A stretch of DNA of 64,000 nucleotides from Octopus sinensis. Taxonomy: Eukaryota. The position numbers and the translations under genes were made by a program. Below are positions 25,431 through 38,043 of this stretch, piece by piece (the stretch's first letter is position 1; each line of letters opens with the position of its first letter). The notes under the pieces are model-generated. The model was not told the origin of the DNA, did not search any database, and saw nothing but the letters and a program-made list of their open reading frames with translations. The DNA lies in NCBI RefSeq assembly GCF_006345805.1, contig NC_043014.1:13826001-13890000 (forward strand), written 5' to 3'.

Positions 25431-25460
<30 letters not shown>
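25159..25460. repeat. (CA/TA) microsatellite tract
   Basis: Read directly from the sequence. Confidence 0.95.
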
Positions 25461-25461
<1 letters not shown>

Positions 25462-25819
25462 AACAACTTACTATCTTTCAATGATTATTCAGTGTACCAA
25501 TATCCTGCAATCAGAAACAACATGAAAAATGAAAGAACTTCAAAATGGTAAAATGTGTAAAACAAAAAACAAAAAAACAAACAACAACAACAAAAAAGTG
25601 GGAGGGGAATAACAAAATAAAAGACCTTTCCAATGAAGCCAAAAAAAAAAAAAGAAAACTAACCAAATGAATAAATAAATAAATAAATAAATAAATAAAG
25701 TAGCCAAATTACATGTTTATCAGTCATTAAAATATTTATCGCATAGCGTTATTATGATTCTGGAATTTACATAAAACAATGTCATAAACGTGCAGTTTAT
25801 TGACAGAAACAGTGAGCAC

Positions 25820-25820
<1 letters not shown>

Positions 25821-25858
<38 letters not shown>

Positions 25859-26133
25859 TGTGTGTGTGTGTGTGTGTGAGTGTGTGTGTGTGAGTGTGTG
25901 TGTGTGTGTGTGTGTGAGAGCGTGTGTGTGTGTGTGTGTGTGTGTCTGAGAGCGAGTGTGTGTGTGTGTATGAGAGAGAGAGAGAGTGTGTGTGTGTGTG
26001 TGTGTGTGTATGAGAGAGAGAGAGAGTGTGTGTGTGTGTGAGAGAGCGAGTGTGTGTGAGAGTGTGTGTGTGTGTGTGAGAGCGAGTGTGTGTGTGTGTG
26101 AGAGAGAGAGCGAGTGTGTGTGTGAGAGAGAGC

Positions 26134-26162
<29 letters not shown>
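25821..26162. repeat. (GT)/(GA) compound microsatellite
   Basis: Read directly from the sequence. Confidence 0.95.
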
Positions 26163-26164
<2 letters not shown>

Positions 26165-26928
26165 GGAGAGACTTAAAAGGTATTACTACACCGAATGCAA
26201 TAATATCAGCTGCAAGAAAATTGTATAGGTATAGATAATAATTTCTGGAGAAATGGTTGTTAGCTGCTTGGGAAGTGAAGAGGGGTGAGTTGGCTGTTAT
26301 GGCAGAGTATTGGTTTTTGAATTCGGTAATAGAGAATTAGAGAAATGGAGAGGCAGAGTGATTTTGTTTCGATAAATTAAAAGAACAAACTAAATTTGTA
26401 ATTTGTGCTGTCAATCAATATTTATCTCATCAAAGTGTGAGAGCTGATTATTTTATTTTCTCATTTTTAGCTATCTGTATTAAAGAGAGAGGGATTATTG
26501 TTGCTAACTTCAATAGATTACCTCTCCAAGGTATATCTATAGTAAGAGAGAGAGAGCAATGGAACCTCTACATGGTTGATATAACTGCTAGTAATAGCAG
26601 CCACATCTCCCTCAAATCACACTCTACCATCTTAGAAAACGAATAACACATTGAATAATGTTGTCCTGATAAAAAAAAAATGAAAAAAAAGAGGATGGTC
26701 AAGGCTGGAACACATTCCATCTGCAAGTGTCTTTTGCTGTAACCCCAGGCCAACCAATGACTTGGGAGTGAATCTGAGAGACAGAAAACTATGTGGAAGC
26801 CCATTGTATGTGTGTGCGTGCGCGCATGCATTTTCTCATGTCTGTGTTTGTTTCCCCCATTGCTTGACAACCAATGTTGGTTTGTTTATGTCCCTGTAAT
26901 ATAGCATTTTGGCAAAAAAAAAAAAGAC

Positions 26929-27346
26929 AGGTGCAGGAGTGGCTGTGTGGTAAGTAGCCTGCTAACCAACCACATGGTTCCGGGTTCAGTCCCACTGCGT
27001 GGCATCTTGGGCAAGTGTCTTCTGCTATAGCCTCAGGCCGACCAAAGCCTTGTGAGTGGATTTGGTAGACGGAAAATGAAAGAAGCCTGTCGTATATATG
27101 TATATATAAATGTATGTGCATGTATAAGTTTGTGTGTCTGTGTTTGTCCCCCTAGCATTGCTTGGCAACCGATGCTGGCATGTTTACGTCCCCGTAACTC
27201 AGCGGTTTGGCAAAAGAGACCGATAGAATAAGTACTGGTCTTACAAAGAATAAGTCCTGGGGTCGATTTGCTCGACTAAAGGCGGTGCTCCAGCATGGCC
27301 GCAGTCAAAATGACTGAAACAAGTAAAAGAGTAAAGAGTAAAGAGT
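26929..27346 (+). mobile_element. SINE family A, nested in an older A copy
   Basis: Splits ggcaaaa...ga | gaccaatggaataag. Confidence 0.9.
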
Positions 27347-27745
27347 AGGACCAATGGAATAAGTACAAGATTGAAAAATAAGTACTGTGGTTGATTTGTT
27401 CAGCTAAAAAGCCTTCAAGACAGGGCCCTGGCTGAAACAAAAAAAAAAAGATGAAAAAGACAGCTTACTGTAAAACAAGGTGAATATGTCGGGCCACTTA
27501 ATATCAATGGGATGTGTTCAATTAATTATGAGGTGGGCGCGGTAAGCAGTGATGTGTGTAAATGCATTGTTATTACCAGTTTGAATATCCTAGTGGAAGG
27601 TTTGAACTTGTAAACAAGCATTCACTATGTTTTGGCAGGGAGAAAATTTCTCCCTGTAGGCACAGTCGACCTTGGCAGAATTTGAACTCAGGATGTAAAG
27701 ACAGATGAAATACTGCTAAGTATTTCACCCAGCATGCTAACATTT

Positions 27746-27960
27746 CCTATTTCTTTATTGCCCACAAGGGGCTAAACAAAGAGGGGACAAACAAGGACAG
27801 ACAAAGGGATTAAGTTGATTACATCGATCCCAGTGTGTAACTAGTACTTAATTTATCAACCCCGAAAGGATGAAAGGCAAAGTCGACCTCGGCGGAATTT
27901 GAACTCAGAACGTAGCAGCAGACGAAATACCGCTAAGCATTTCACACGGCATGCTAACAT
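27746..27960 (-). mobile_element. SINE family B (5' end cut by SINE A at 27970-28322)
   Basis: Consensus match. Confidence 0.85.
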
Positions 27961-29324
27961 ATTGACAGTAAGCTTACAAACCACATGGTTCTGGGTTCAG
28001 TCCCACTGCGTGGCACTTTGAGCAAGTGTCTTTTACTATAGATTCAGGCCAACCAAAGCCTTGTGAGTGAATTTGGTAGACGGAAACTGAAAGAAGCCTA
28101 TCGTATGTGTGTGTGTGTTTGTGTGTGTCTGTGTTTATCCCCCCAACACCACTTGACAACCAATGCTGGTGTGTTTACATCCCTATAACTTAGCGGTTCT
28201 GCAAAAGAGACCAATAGAATAAGTACTAGGCTTACAAAGAATAAGTCCTGGGGTTGAATTGCCCGACTAAAGGCAGTGCTCCAGCATGGCCACAGTCAAA
28301 TGACTGAAACAAGTAAAAGAGTATGCTACCAAGCATTTTGCCTGCTAGCTCACTGCCTTAGAGAGATGAAATAATAATAAAACTAAATAAAACCAATGAA
28401 GAAATGACTGAACAGTCAAAATGGGTAATATCTCATGGAAGATTAATTTGCATGACTAAATTTATAAACCTTATAATGTGTTGAACCAACAAGGGAACCT
28501 GCATGAAGTTACTCAAACTGCTAGGAATAGCAGCCAAATTTCCTTCAGATGGTAGGACACCATTTTGAAAATAAAAAAAATTAAGAGCATATGGCATAAT
28601 ATCATCTTAGAATCAGAATGATGGAAAAAAATTTTTAAAAAGGCTGGATGATCATAAGTCTGCTTAGTCAGAGCAGACTTAGGGCTAAGAAACAGTTATG
28701 ATGTGTTCTTGAGAGAGGTACTTATTCCTTAGAAGTGATACTTAACTCTCTCTATTTGCTTTGTAGTCAAAATAAAATATGGAAAGCACAGCACGTTGCT
28801 GTGCTTTCTATAGCTTCATATAGGTTGAGGAGAAAATTCTACATTATGACAATTCACAATCTCCTTAACAATAAACCCAGGCCTGCTATATAAGACAGCA
28901 TCATGTTTACCATTGTTTATTCAGACAATAGGAACTCATCTATTTCTGTTCAGCTTTCCTATTTCATAATAGTATTATATATGATTAAGTACCAAAATAT
29001 TTTGTAATACATTTACAGCTTTCAAACATAATGAAATAGAGTAACTATCAGTGACCAAACCACAAATGTCCAATGAAACATTTTGATATATAAGACAATT
29101 GACAAAATCTAAAACAAAAGCAAATATAGTGGTTACATAAGGGTACTTCAAATGGCTATCATGACTCTTCGGTGAAGTCAAGAGTTTTCATTTCAACGAA
29201 GAAACTCAGCTGAAGACTCTTGTTAACCAATACTACCTTATTGACTTGTTGTGGTTTAACCCCAGGCCAGCCCTGCTCAAGCAGATCTATAGTCAAAGAC
29301 ATTCTAATCATGACCAAATCACCA

Positions 29325-30000
29325 CCACCATCATCATCATTTTCAACATCTGTTCTCTATGCTGGCATGGGTTGGAAGGCTTGAGAGGAGTTGACCAGTG
29401 GAGAGCTACTCAGGCTTCATTTGTCTATTTTTTGCATGGCTTCTACAGCTGGATGCCCTTCCCAATGTCAGCCATTTTACAGAGTATGCTTGATGCACTT
29501 ATATGACACCAGCCGGTGCTTTTACTTGGCGCAGGTACTCTTATGTGGCAGCAGCACCCACAAGTCCACAAGGCTAGGATCTCTTGGCTGAGAGAGGGAT
29601 GTAGAGGACATGCCTGTATGCATGAATGCACAGCCATGATTTTATTTAGCTTGGCATGCCTTCTCAAGCACAGGTAACTACCAAAAGTCTCAGTCCCTTG
29701 TCATCTCCTCTGTGAGGCCCAGTGTCTGAAGATCCTTTCTCACCACTTCCTCCCACATCTTCGTGGGTCTACCCATCCCATATGTTCCCTCCACAATTAA
29801 AGATCAGCACTTCTTGATGCAACTGTCATCATCCATACACATCACATGACCACACCATCACAGTTTTCTCTTGCACACTATGTCTGATGCCTCATATACC
29901 CAATTTTTCTCTCAAATCACTTACTCTGTTGTACTTGTACACTAACATTACCCATCCAGCGGAGCACACTGGCTTTGTTTCTTTCAAGCCTTCGCATGTA
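29325..30000 (-). pseudogene. RTE LINE 3' end with 3' UTR and (GAT)n tail
   Basis: Minus frame MRRLERNKASVLRWMGNVSV...RKLGI*GIR; the UTR contains GGAAGGGCATCCAGCTGTAGAA. Confidence 0.75.
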
Positions 30001-30124
30001 TTTATTTCTTTTTTTTCATGTCAGGATATACTTCCAGGGAAATTTGGCTGTTATTTCTAAGTAATTAAACAGAAGCTCCTGCACTGTCTTGTATAGACTA
30101 GCATATGAATTTTTTTGGTTATTT

Positions 30125-30860
30125 TACAGTGGCATCCGTGCTAGTGGAGCGTTAAGAGTACCTATTTCTCTACTACCCACAAGGGATAAACACAGATGGG
30201 ACAAACAATGACAGACAAATGGATTAAGTTGATTATATCAACATCAGTACGTAACTGGTACTTAATTTATCGACCCCGAAAGGATGAAAGGCAAAGTCGA
30301 CCTCGGCGGAATTTGAACTCAGAACATAACAGCAGACGAAACACGGCTCAGCATTTCGCCCAGCTTGCTAACGTTTCTGCCAGCTCACCACCTTATGCCA
30401 GCTCACCGCCTTAGACCAGCTCACCGCCTTAAGTGTAGCGCGTTAAGAGTACCATACGAGTGTGATCATTGCCAGAGCAACAAGCTGGCCTTCATGCTGA
30501 TGGCACGTAAAAAGTACCATGTGAGTGTGATCGTTACCTGCGTCGCCTCACTGGCACTTGTGCTGGTGGCACGCGAAAAACATTCGAGCAAGGTTGTTGC
30601 CAGTGCCACTGGACTGGCTCCTGTGCAGGTGGCACATAAAAAGCACCATTTGAGCGTGGCTGTTGCCAGTACTGCCTGACTGGCCCTCGTGCCAGTGGCA
30701 CGTAAAAGCACCCACGACACTCACGGAGTGGCGGGAGATAGGAAGGGCATCCAGCTGTAGAAACTCTGCCAGATCAGATTGGAGTCTGGTGCAGCCATCT
30801 GGTTCGCCAGACCTCAGTCAAATCGTCCAACCTATGCTAGCATGGAAAGCGGACGTTAAA

Positions 30861-30890
<30 letters not shown>
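30125..30890 (+). mobile_element. RTE-3'UTR-type element with internal ~55-bp repeats, interrupted by SINE B (30163-30439, TSD GCGTTAAGAGTACC)
   Basis: Repeated GTAAAAAGCACC units, GGACGTTAAA(TGA)n tail; TSD at 30149-30162 and 30440-30453. Confidence 0.8.
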
Positions 30891-30891
<1 letters not shown>

Positions 30892-31713
30892 TAATGCATC
30901 CTAAAAATCCATTGCATTAAATGTTGAAAAATACATTTTATTTCCCGGAAAAAGTACTTTAGGAAGGTAAAAAAGTAATTTTTCTTATGCTATCAAGATT
31001 AAATTACAAGCAGATTAAGATTGAAAAAAATGTCAATCTAGATAGTCCTATTATTAATTAGAATTGATGAGAGAAAGAAAAAGAGATATAGAGAAATGGT
31101 ACAAATATATACAAGTAGCTTCTAGATTTTTTTTTTGACTTTTACTTGTTTCAGTCATGCTGAGACACTACCTTGAAGAATTTTTTAGTTGACTGAATCA
31201 ACCCCAGTACTTTTTTTATAAAGCCTGGTATTTATTCTATCAGTCTTTTTGCTGAGCTGCTAAGTTAGAGATGAAAACACATCAACACCAGTTGTAGAGT
31301 AGTGGTGGAGGGACAAAATAGACAGAAACACACACATACACACACAAACATGATGGGCTTATTTCAATTTCTGTTCACCAAATCCACTCACAAGGTTTTT
31401 GGTCAGTCTGAGGCTTTAGTAGAAGACATTTGCCAAAGTTGTTACACAGTGGGACTAGACCCCAAAACCATGTGACTGGGAAGTAAACTTCTTACCACTC
31501 AGTCATGCTAGCTGAAAACAAAGCAAAATTCAACTGACCCCTAAGAAAACAGAGAAAATAAACAGACTTGTCAGATGTTTGTCATTTGGGATAACTTAAC
31601 TCTTTTCCTTTCATTATGTACTTTTGGTGTAGATTCAACACACCTTTGTTGTACATACTATACACTTTTAGTATACACACTTCAGTTTATATTGTACTAC
31701 ACACATGTAGTTA

Positions 31714-31925
31714 TGAAGTGGGTGCTGAAAAATTCCTGGCTTTGGGTAAAAGAAAATACAGGAAGATCAGTTAATTATGATTTTATTCAACATATTCCCC
31801 TCTCAGATTCACACACTTATTGCAGTAGTCCTTCAGTTTTTCTAAGCCCTGTAAAAGAACTTGGAAGGTTTGGGTTTCCAACCAGGCTTTTTATGATACC
31901 CTTAAAACAAGGAACTTAAACATAC
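31714..31925. mobile_element. Mariner-derived MITE, decayed
   Basis: GGTGCTGAAAAATTCCTGGCTTT end with a degenerate AAAACAAGGAACTT counterpart. Confidence 0.5.
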
Positions 31926-32974
31926 TACCAGCTTCAACATTTGCAGGAGAAATGTCTGCAACAGAGTGAACATCATGAAAGGCATTCAGAGACAAGGTAA
32001 TGGTGTAGAACCAAGATGTATGTTAGACATTCTACCCAAGCTTTTAATTAGGTTTAATCTATATGGAAGTCGATAAGCTGGCAGAATCGTTAGCATGCAT
32101 AGAGGTATTTCTTGTAGCTCTTTACCTTCTGAGTTCAAATCCCACAGCAGTCAACTTCGCTTTTCATCATTTTGAGGTTGATGAAATAAAGTAATAGTTT
32201 ATGTAATCAACTTGTCCCTTCCCCTCAAAATTACTGGCTTTGAAGCCTGCAGTGGACCAGCATCCTGTTCAGGTGAATGTTGTAATCTTGATCGCTTATA
32301 TGCTATGGAAACCAGCTGACCAGCTTTATGAGTTCTGAGGCTCAAGGAATTTGGCTGACAAAAACTGTCAACCAAATTCAACTTTGAAAGCACAGATCAA
32401 TATGAGGATACTTGCTCAAGGTGCTGGTGTAGTGGGATTGAAACAGGAATCTTATGGTTAAGCAAGTAAACTAGGTACTGTAACTACATCCATATTTCTT
32501 CATCCCACTTCCTCCTAACAGTCTTGGAGGACTAACAGATAGATTGTGAGTGCTGCCCTTCCTCCTCCAACTAAGCTCCTTTATCACCCAAAGAACTCCG
32601 AAACATAACAAATTTTATTATGAAAAACAAGATAACCTATAACAACGAAACAGATCATGTAATGCAGATGTAGGATACTAAAAAAAATAAATAAGAACAA
32701 AAATGAAAAATAAAAAAGAACAACGTCTGGGGATGGCAGGTTTGGCCATCTGTAATAGTAACAAATGATAACAAAAACTAAAAGCTTAGTTGAAGCAAAA
32801 CAACTGCAATTTGAGTTTTTGAAAAGGTCAGAATTGGTTTAAAATTCAATTTGGGTAGTTGGAAACATTTTTAATCTCACCACAAGTTTAGTTTTTAGTA
32901 TTAAGGGAACCAATAAACAAGAGGAGGTGTTTAGAATAAAAAAAATATTTGTAACCAATAACATCGAGAGTATT

Positions 32975-33372
32975 CTTTTACTCTTTTACTCGTTTCAGTC
33001 ATATGACTGCGGCCATGCTGGAGCACCGCCTTTAATCGAGCAACTCGACCCCGGGACTTATTCTTTTGTAAGCCCAGTACTTATTCTATCGGTCTCTTTT
33101 GCCGAACCGCTAAGTAATGGGAACATAAACACACCAGCATCGGTTGTCAAGCGATGTTGGGGGGACAAACACAGACACACAAACACACACACGCATATAT
33201 ATATACATATATACGACGGACTTCTTTTCAGTTTCCGTCTACCAAATCCACTCACAAGGCTTTGGTCGGCCCAAGGCTATAGTAGAAGACACTTGCCCAA
33301 GGTGCCACGCAGTGGGACTGAACCCGGAACCATGTGGTTGGTAAGCAAGCTACTTACCACACAGCCACTCCT
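32975..33372 (-). mobile_element. Young SINE family A flanked by ~50-bp direct repeats
   Basis: 32926-32974 is near-identical to 33373-33422. Confidence 0.9.
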
Positions 33373-34756
33373 GGTGCTTAGAATATAAAAAAATATTTGT
33401 AACCAATAACATCGAGAGTATTTCGGGTTTATTTTTTTATAGCTGATTGTTATACAGAATAAATGACTCTATAATAGCTTAAGTCTACCCAGCCTAATAT
33501 ATTGACGATAACAGAGAGTTCAGCCACAATACATCTGTCCTTAGTTTGAAACATTATAATAAAAGATGCTCGAATATTGACAGTAAATTTCGAATAAGGT
33601 CTTTGTTAATCAATCAGCAAGAATCGCTGCTTTGATATTTATCAGCAGAGCATAAGTAGTTGCAAGAATAGCAACCAACTAAAATATCTTCCGTTACGAA
33701 CACTTATCAAAGAAGCCATCTATAGCCTGTGAGATTTAAATATAACTTTCGTTTTAAATACATACTCAGGAAACCACCAATGACTTTCACTTGGAATGTA
33801 GCATCTGTATCCACACAGAATATAAAAGGAGAGAGAAACAAAATAAAACATTGAAGATATTTAAGCCATTTTCCAATACAGCCTTCCTTCTATTGAATTC
33901 TATAATGACAGTTCTATTTTGCTGTTCACAGTAAATAAATCACCGAGGAATAGATTGAATGTTGCTATGTTGTTGCTCTGAAGCAGTGTTTTTGAAAGTA
34001 GAACAAACAGTTAAAGAGAACTTTTGACTGACAGAATTAGGTAATAAGGATCAATATATTTGATAAAAATATAAAAGTAAATAAAAAGAAGAAGAAATAT
34101 TGATCTATTTACCACTAATGTCCAATTTTGATAGCAATGTATTACACTTGCTGGAATAAGATAACGCTAAGTGCTAAAAATATACCACTCTGAATGTGTT
34201 TGTGAAGGAAAATTAAGTACGTGAAGTTGGGTCAGCTTTGTTTTCAAGTATTTGGCAGCATTGGAGGATCAGCTACTTAGCAACAGAATGTCCATCGTTT
34301 CAACAACTGCAATATGTTTTTGATGCTGTTCCCACCATTGTTTTATTTCTAAGATATTTAATGGATAATGACCAACTTTTTAGAATAATTATATTATTAG
34401 AATAACCACTTGTTTCCCATGGGGAAATCATAAATTTGACAGTAAGCAATTTATGACATCCCTGAGAATTTTGATCAACCAAATGGGTGACAGGTTGTAG
34501 TTTTTATAGTTGTCATTTGTCCCCGAGTCAGGCCTAATTAAGTAGAACTATGATCAAAATGATTCAGTTATGATGACCTCAACTGTCATTCATACACAGT
34601 GCTACCTAAGACTAAATTATGCAATGTATGAGTCCTTTTCTTAAGACAATAGGGTATTATTGAAGAATTATTTCACTGATATTTCTAGTAGGTTAAACAT
34701 TCACATAAAGGCACTTACACTGGCTTTTAGCTCAAAGGATAGGACAGGCTTTTTAA

Positions 34757-34965
34757 CCCTTTTGTTGCAATACACTGCTTTTATTTCAATAAATAATGAA
34801 AATAATGAAAAATTTAGTAAAATAAATTTGGCATTATTAAGCTGGTGTTTGAAACAAATTACCATGAAAATTTTTTAATTGATGGAAAATTATAATTTAG
34901 ATCACTTTAAAACAGTCAATATCATAGAATCAAGGGTGGTCTCTGGCAGGTTGGTATCAAAAGTG
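34757..34965. mobile_element. piggyBac-type MITE
   Basis: TTAA-CCCTTTTGTT...ATCAAAAGTG-TTAA; homologous to 48575-48802 in the opposite orientation. Confidence 0.7.
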
Positions 34966-35822
34966 TTAAAGACCATCTGTGAAATACCAGTGTCCCATCT
35001 AGTAGAAAGAGATTTGTTCCTTGTCTTCTAAATGTTATATAAATCAGAGCTGAGTGTTAATGCTATGGACCCAGTGATCTGAGAAAGCATTATTAGTCAG
35101 TAAAAAAAAAAAAAAAACCTTCATTGAAGCACAAATTCCAAATAAATTTTTTAAACTCCACTATGTTTTAAAAGAAAAATTTAGAAACTGTTCTGGAAAA
35201 CACACAATTTCGTTTCACTACTTTTAAGACTTGGCTTAAAAACAAAAAAAACGAAAAGTTAAATTATCAGAAAATAATTTCGTTTCATACGAATAAAATG
35301 AAGAAAACTAAAACTGATAAACATTTGGCAAAGATTGCTAGAATGAGAAAGGCACTGATTAATCTAGAAACATGTCTAATTATTTGATAGGTAAATCCTC
35401 TTTTAAATAATCCCCTGCTTTTACATAATTATTTATTGCTGATTTCTTTAAGCCTCTACAGTCCGTATCATCATGTAATATATTCACTATCATTACATTT
35501 TATATGCTCCGTTGGGAGGCTTCACTCTTCATCTACTAGTTTTTACTCAAGTGAAGGTATATATGTGTATATCTGTTATAGTATGAAGGAAAATAGTAGA
35601 CTTAGATCATCTTTAAGCCTACTTGTAAAAAAAAAAAGTAAAAAATAAAATAATAATTCTACAGCAGCACACCTCTTATTAACTCCTACTCACTCTCTCT
35701 CTCTCTCTAGGTAACAGTTTCTGCCCTCTTTCTTGTTAACTCTTATTCTCTTTCTCTCCCTCTCTTTCGCTGGCTGGGTAACCATGGACCTCTTCTACAG
35801 CAAAACATTGATCTCTGACTCT

Positions 35823-36233
35823 CTTATTTTTTTATTGCTGACAAGGAGCTAAACATAGAGGGGACAAACAAGGACAAATGGATTCAGTAGATTACATTGA
35901 CCCCAGTGCATAACTGGTACTTAATTTATCGACCCTGAAAGGATGAAAGGCAAAGTTGACCTCGGCAGAATTTGAACTCAGAATGTAACAGCAGACAAAA
36001 TACCTATTTCTTTACTACCCACAAGTGGCTAAACTCAGACAGGACAAACAAGGACAGACAAACGGATTAAGTCAATTATATTGATCCCAGTGTGTAACTG
36101 GTACTTATTTAATCGACCCTGAAAGGATGAAAGGCAAAGTCGACCTCGGCGGAATTGGAACTCAGAACGTAGTGGCAGACAAAATACCACTAAGCATCTC
36201 GCCCGGCGTGCTAACGTTTCTGCCAGCTTGCCT
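35823..36233 (-). mobile_element. SINE family B dimer
   Basis: Internal junction aaatacctatttctttactaccc, the same as in the 14.5-kb array. Confidence 0.85.
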
Positions 36234-37151
36234 TATTTCTGACTGTCACACTCTAACCTTTCATCATCTGACACAAGATCCCCTCCTCCAATGCCCCTTC
36301 CCCTCTCAAAGACTCTTTGTCTTGCAAAGTCACCTGATGACCCCACCAGTGCAGGTATCCCTTAGAAAGCACCCAGTCCACATTGTAAAGTGATTGGCAT
36401 TTGGAAAGGCATCCAACTGTAAAAACCACGCCAGACTGACCTCACCTGTGAGAGTGCCATGTAAAAAGCACTCAGCCCATTCTACATGGGATGGTGTTAG
36501 GAGTGGTTGGTGTTAGGAAGAGCATCCAACCATAAAAACCATGCCAAAACACACTTAGAAGCATGGTGCAGGCTCCCACCTGGTTAGCTCCTGTCCAACC
36601 CATGCCAGCATGGAAGGTGGACGTTAAACGATGATGATGATGTACAAAGCCAGCAAATTTAGCTGATTACAGCAAACCTATTATGTGACTGAGACTTTAT
36701 ATTACACAGTGTAACACAATTTTTGTCCTTGGGCAGCAACTGTTATTTCCTATTTGCTTACCCCTAGAAAGTATGAAAAATGGCTAATATTTCCTTCAGG
36801 CTTTGCTTTTGTTATAACATTTATTCAAATCTCAAAGAATACCTCTCAACACACGGCTTTGATGCCCCCCTACTACTCCTGCTCATCATCAGAGATGCAC
36901 ATATTATCAGCCACTAAGGGACATGCTCAAGGGGTTATAGTCAAGTAACTGACAAAACAAAATTTGTGGTATTGAGCAGAATATTTGCTGTTATGTTATA
37001 TCTGCTTCAGCAACTCAGTGCTGAATCTGAAATGTAACGGAAAAAGGTAAGTTTTAAACCATTGATGCCCAGGTAACAAAAGCAAAGCTTGAAGTGAATA
37101 ATAGTCATTTCCTTTGAAGCTAATAGGAAATAACACTTACAGACCACTTAC

Positions 37152-37536
37152 AGGCATAGGAGTGGCTGTGCGGTAAGTAGCTTGCTTACGAACCACATGG
37201 TTCCGGGTTCAGTCCCACTGCATGGCACCTTGGGCAAGTGTCTACTATAGCCTCGAGCTGACCAAAGCCTTGTGAGTGGATCTGGTAGACGGAAACTGAA
37301 AGAAGCCCGTCAAATATATGTATATATATATATGTGTGTATGTTTGTGTATTGTGTTTTTCCCCCCTAACATCACTTGACAACCAATGCTGGTGTATTTA
37401 TGTCCTTAGCGGTTCGGCAAAAGAGACTGGTAGAATAAGTACTAGGCTTACAAAGAATAAGTCATGGGGTCGATTTGCTCAACTAAAGGCGGTGCTCCAG
37501 CATGGCCACAGTCAAATGACTGAAACAAGTAAATGA
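37152..37536 (+). mobile_element. SINE family A
   Basis: Consensus match. Confidence 0.85.
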
Positions 37537-37740
37537 GAGAGAATGAGTAAATGAGACCAAAGACAAAAAAAAAAAAAGAAAACTACTTAATTAGGGGCAG
37601 CAAGGATTCTGAGATTGGTATTTGGGTGTTAAGTCTTGTGGAAAGAGACACTGTGAGACCTTTGACAACAGGTTGCTGTCCACTCCTACAGAATTAACTG
37701 GAGCAAGTAAAATCAAGAACTCTAAGAAGTAAAATAACAT

Positions 37741-38043
37741 TTGAGCGAGGTCGTTGCCAGTGCCGCTGGACTGGCTCCTGTGCAGGTGGCACATAAAAAG
37801 CACCATTTGAGCATGGCCGTTGCCAATACCGCCCGACTGACCCTCATGCCGGTGGCATGTAAAAGCACCCACTACACTCTTGGAGTGGTTGGCATTAGGA
37901 AGGGCATCCAGCTGTAGAAACTTTGCCAAATCAGATTGGAGTCTGGTGCAGCCATCTGGTTTGCCAGACCTCAGTCAAATCATCCAACCCATGCTAGCAT
38001 GGAAAGCGGACGTTAAATGATGATGATGATGATGATGATGATG
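37741..38043 (+). mobile_element. RTE-3'UTR-type element
   Basis: Near-identical to 30580-30890; (GAT)n tail. Confidence 0.8.

Noticed and set aside
32927-33388. 153-aa ORF and many similar ...PNPLTRLWSARGYSRRHLPKVP... ORFs
   Set aside because: They are open frames on the antisense strand of SINE A and recur in every young copy.
34460-34482. miR-125-like start TCCCTGAGA (also a miR-1-like TGGAATGTA near 33795)
   Set aside because: Only 9 nt match and I see no supporting precursor hairpin.
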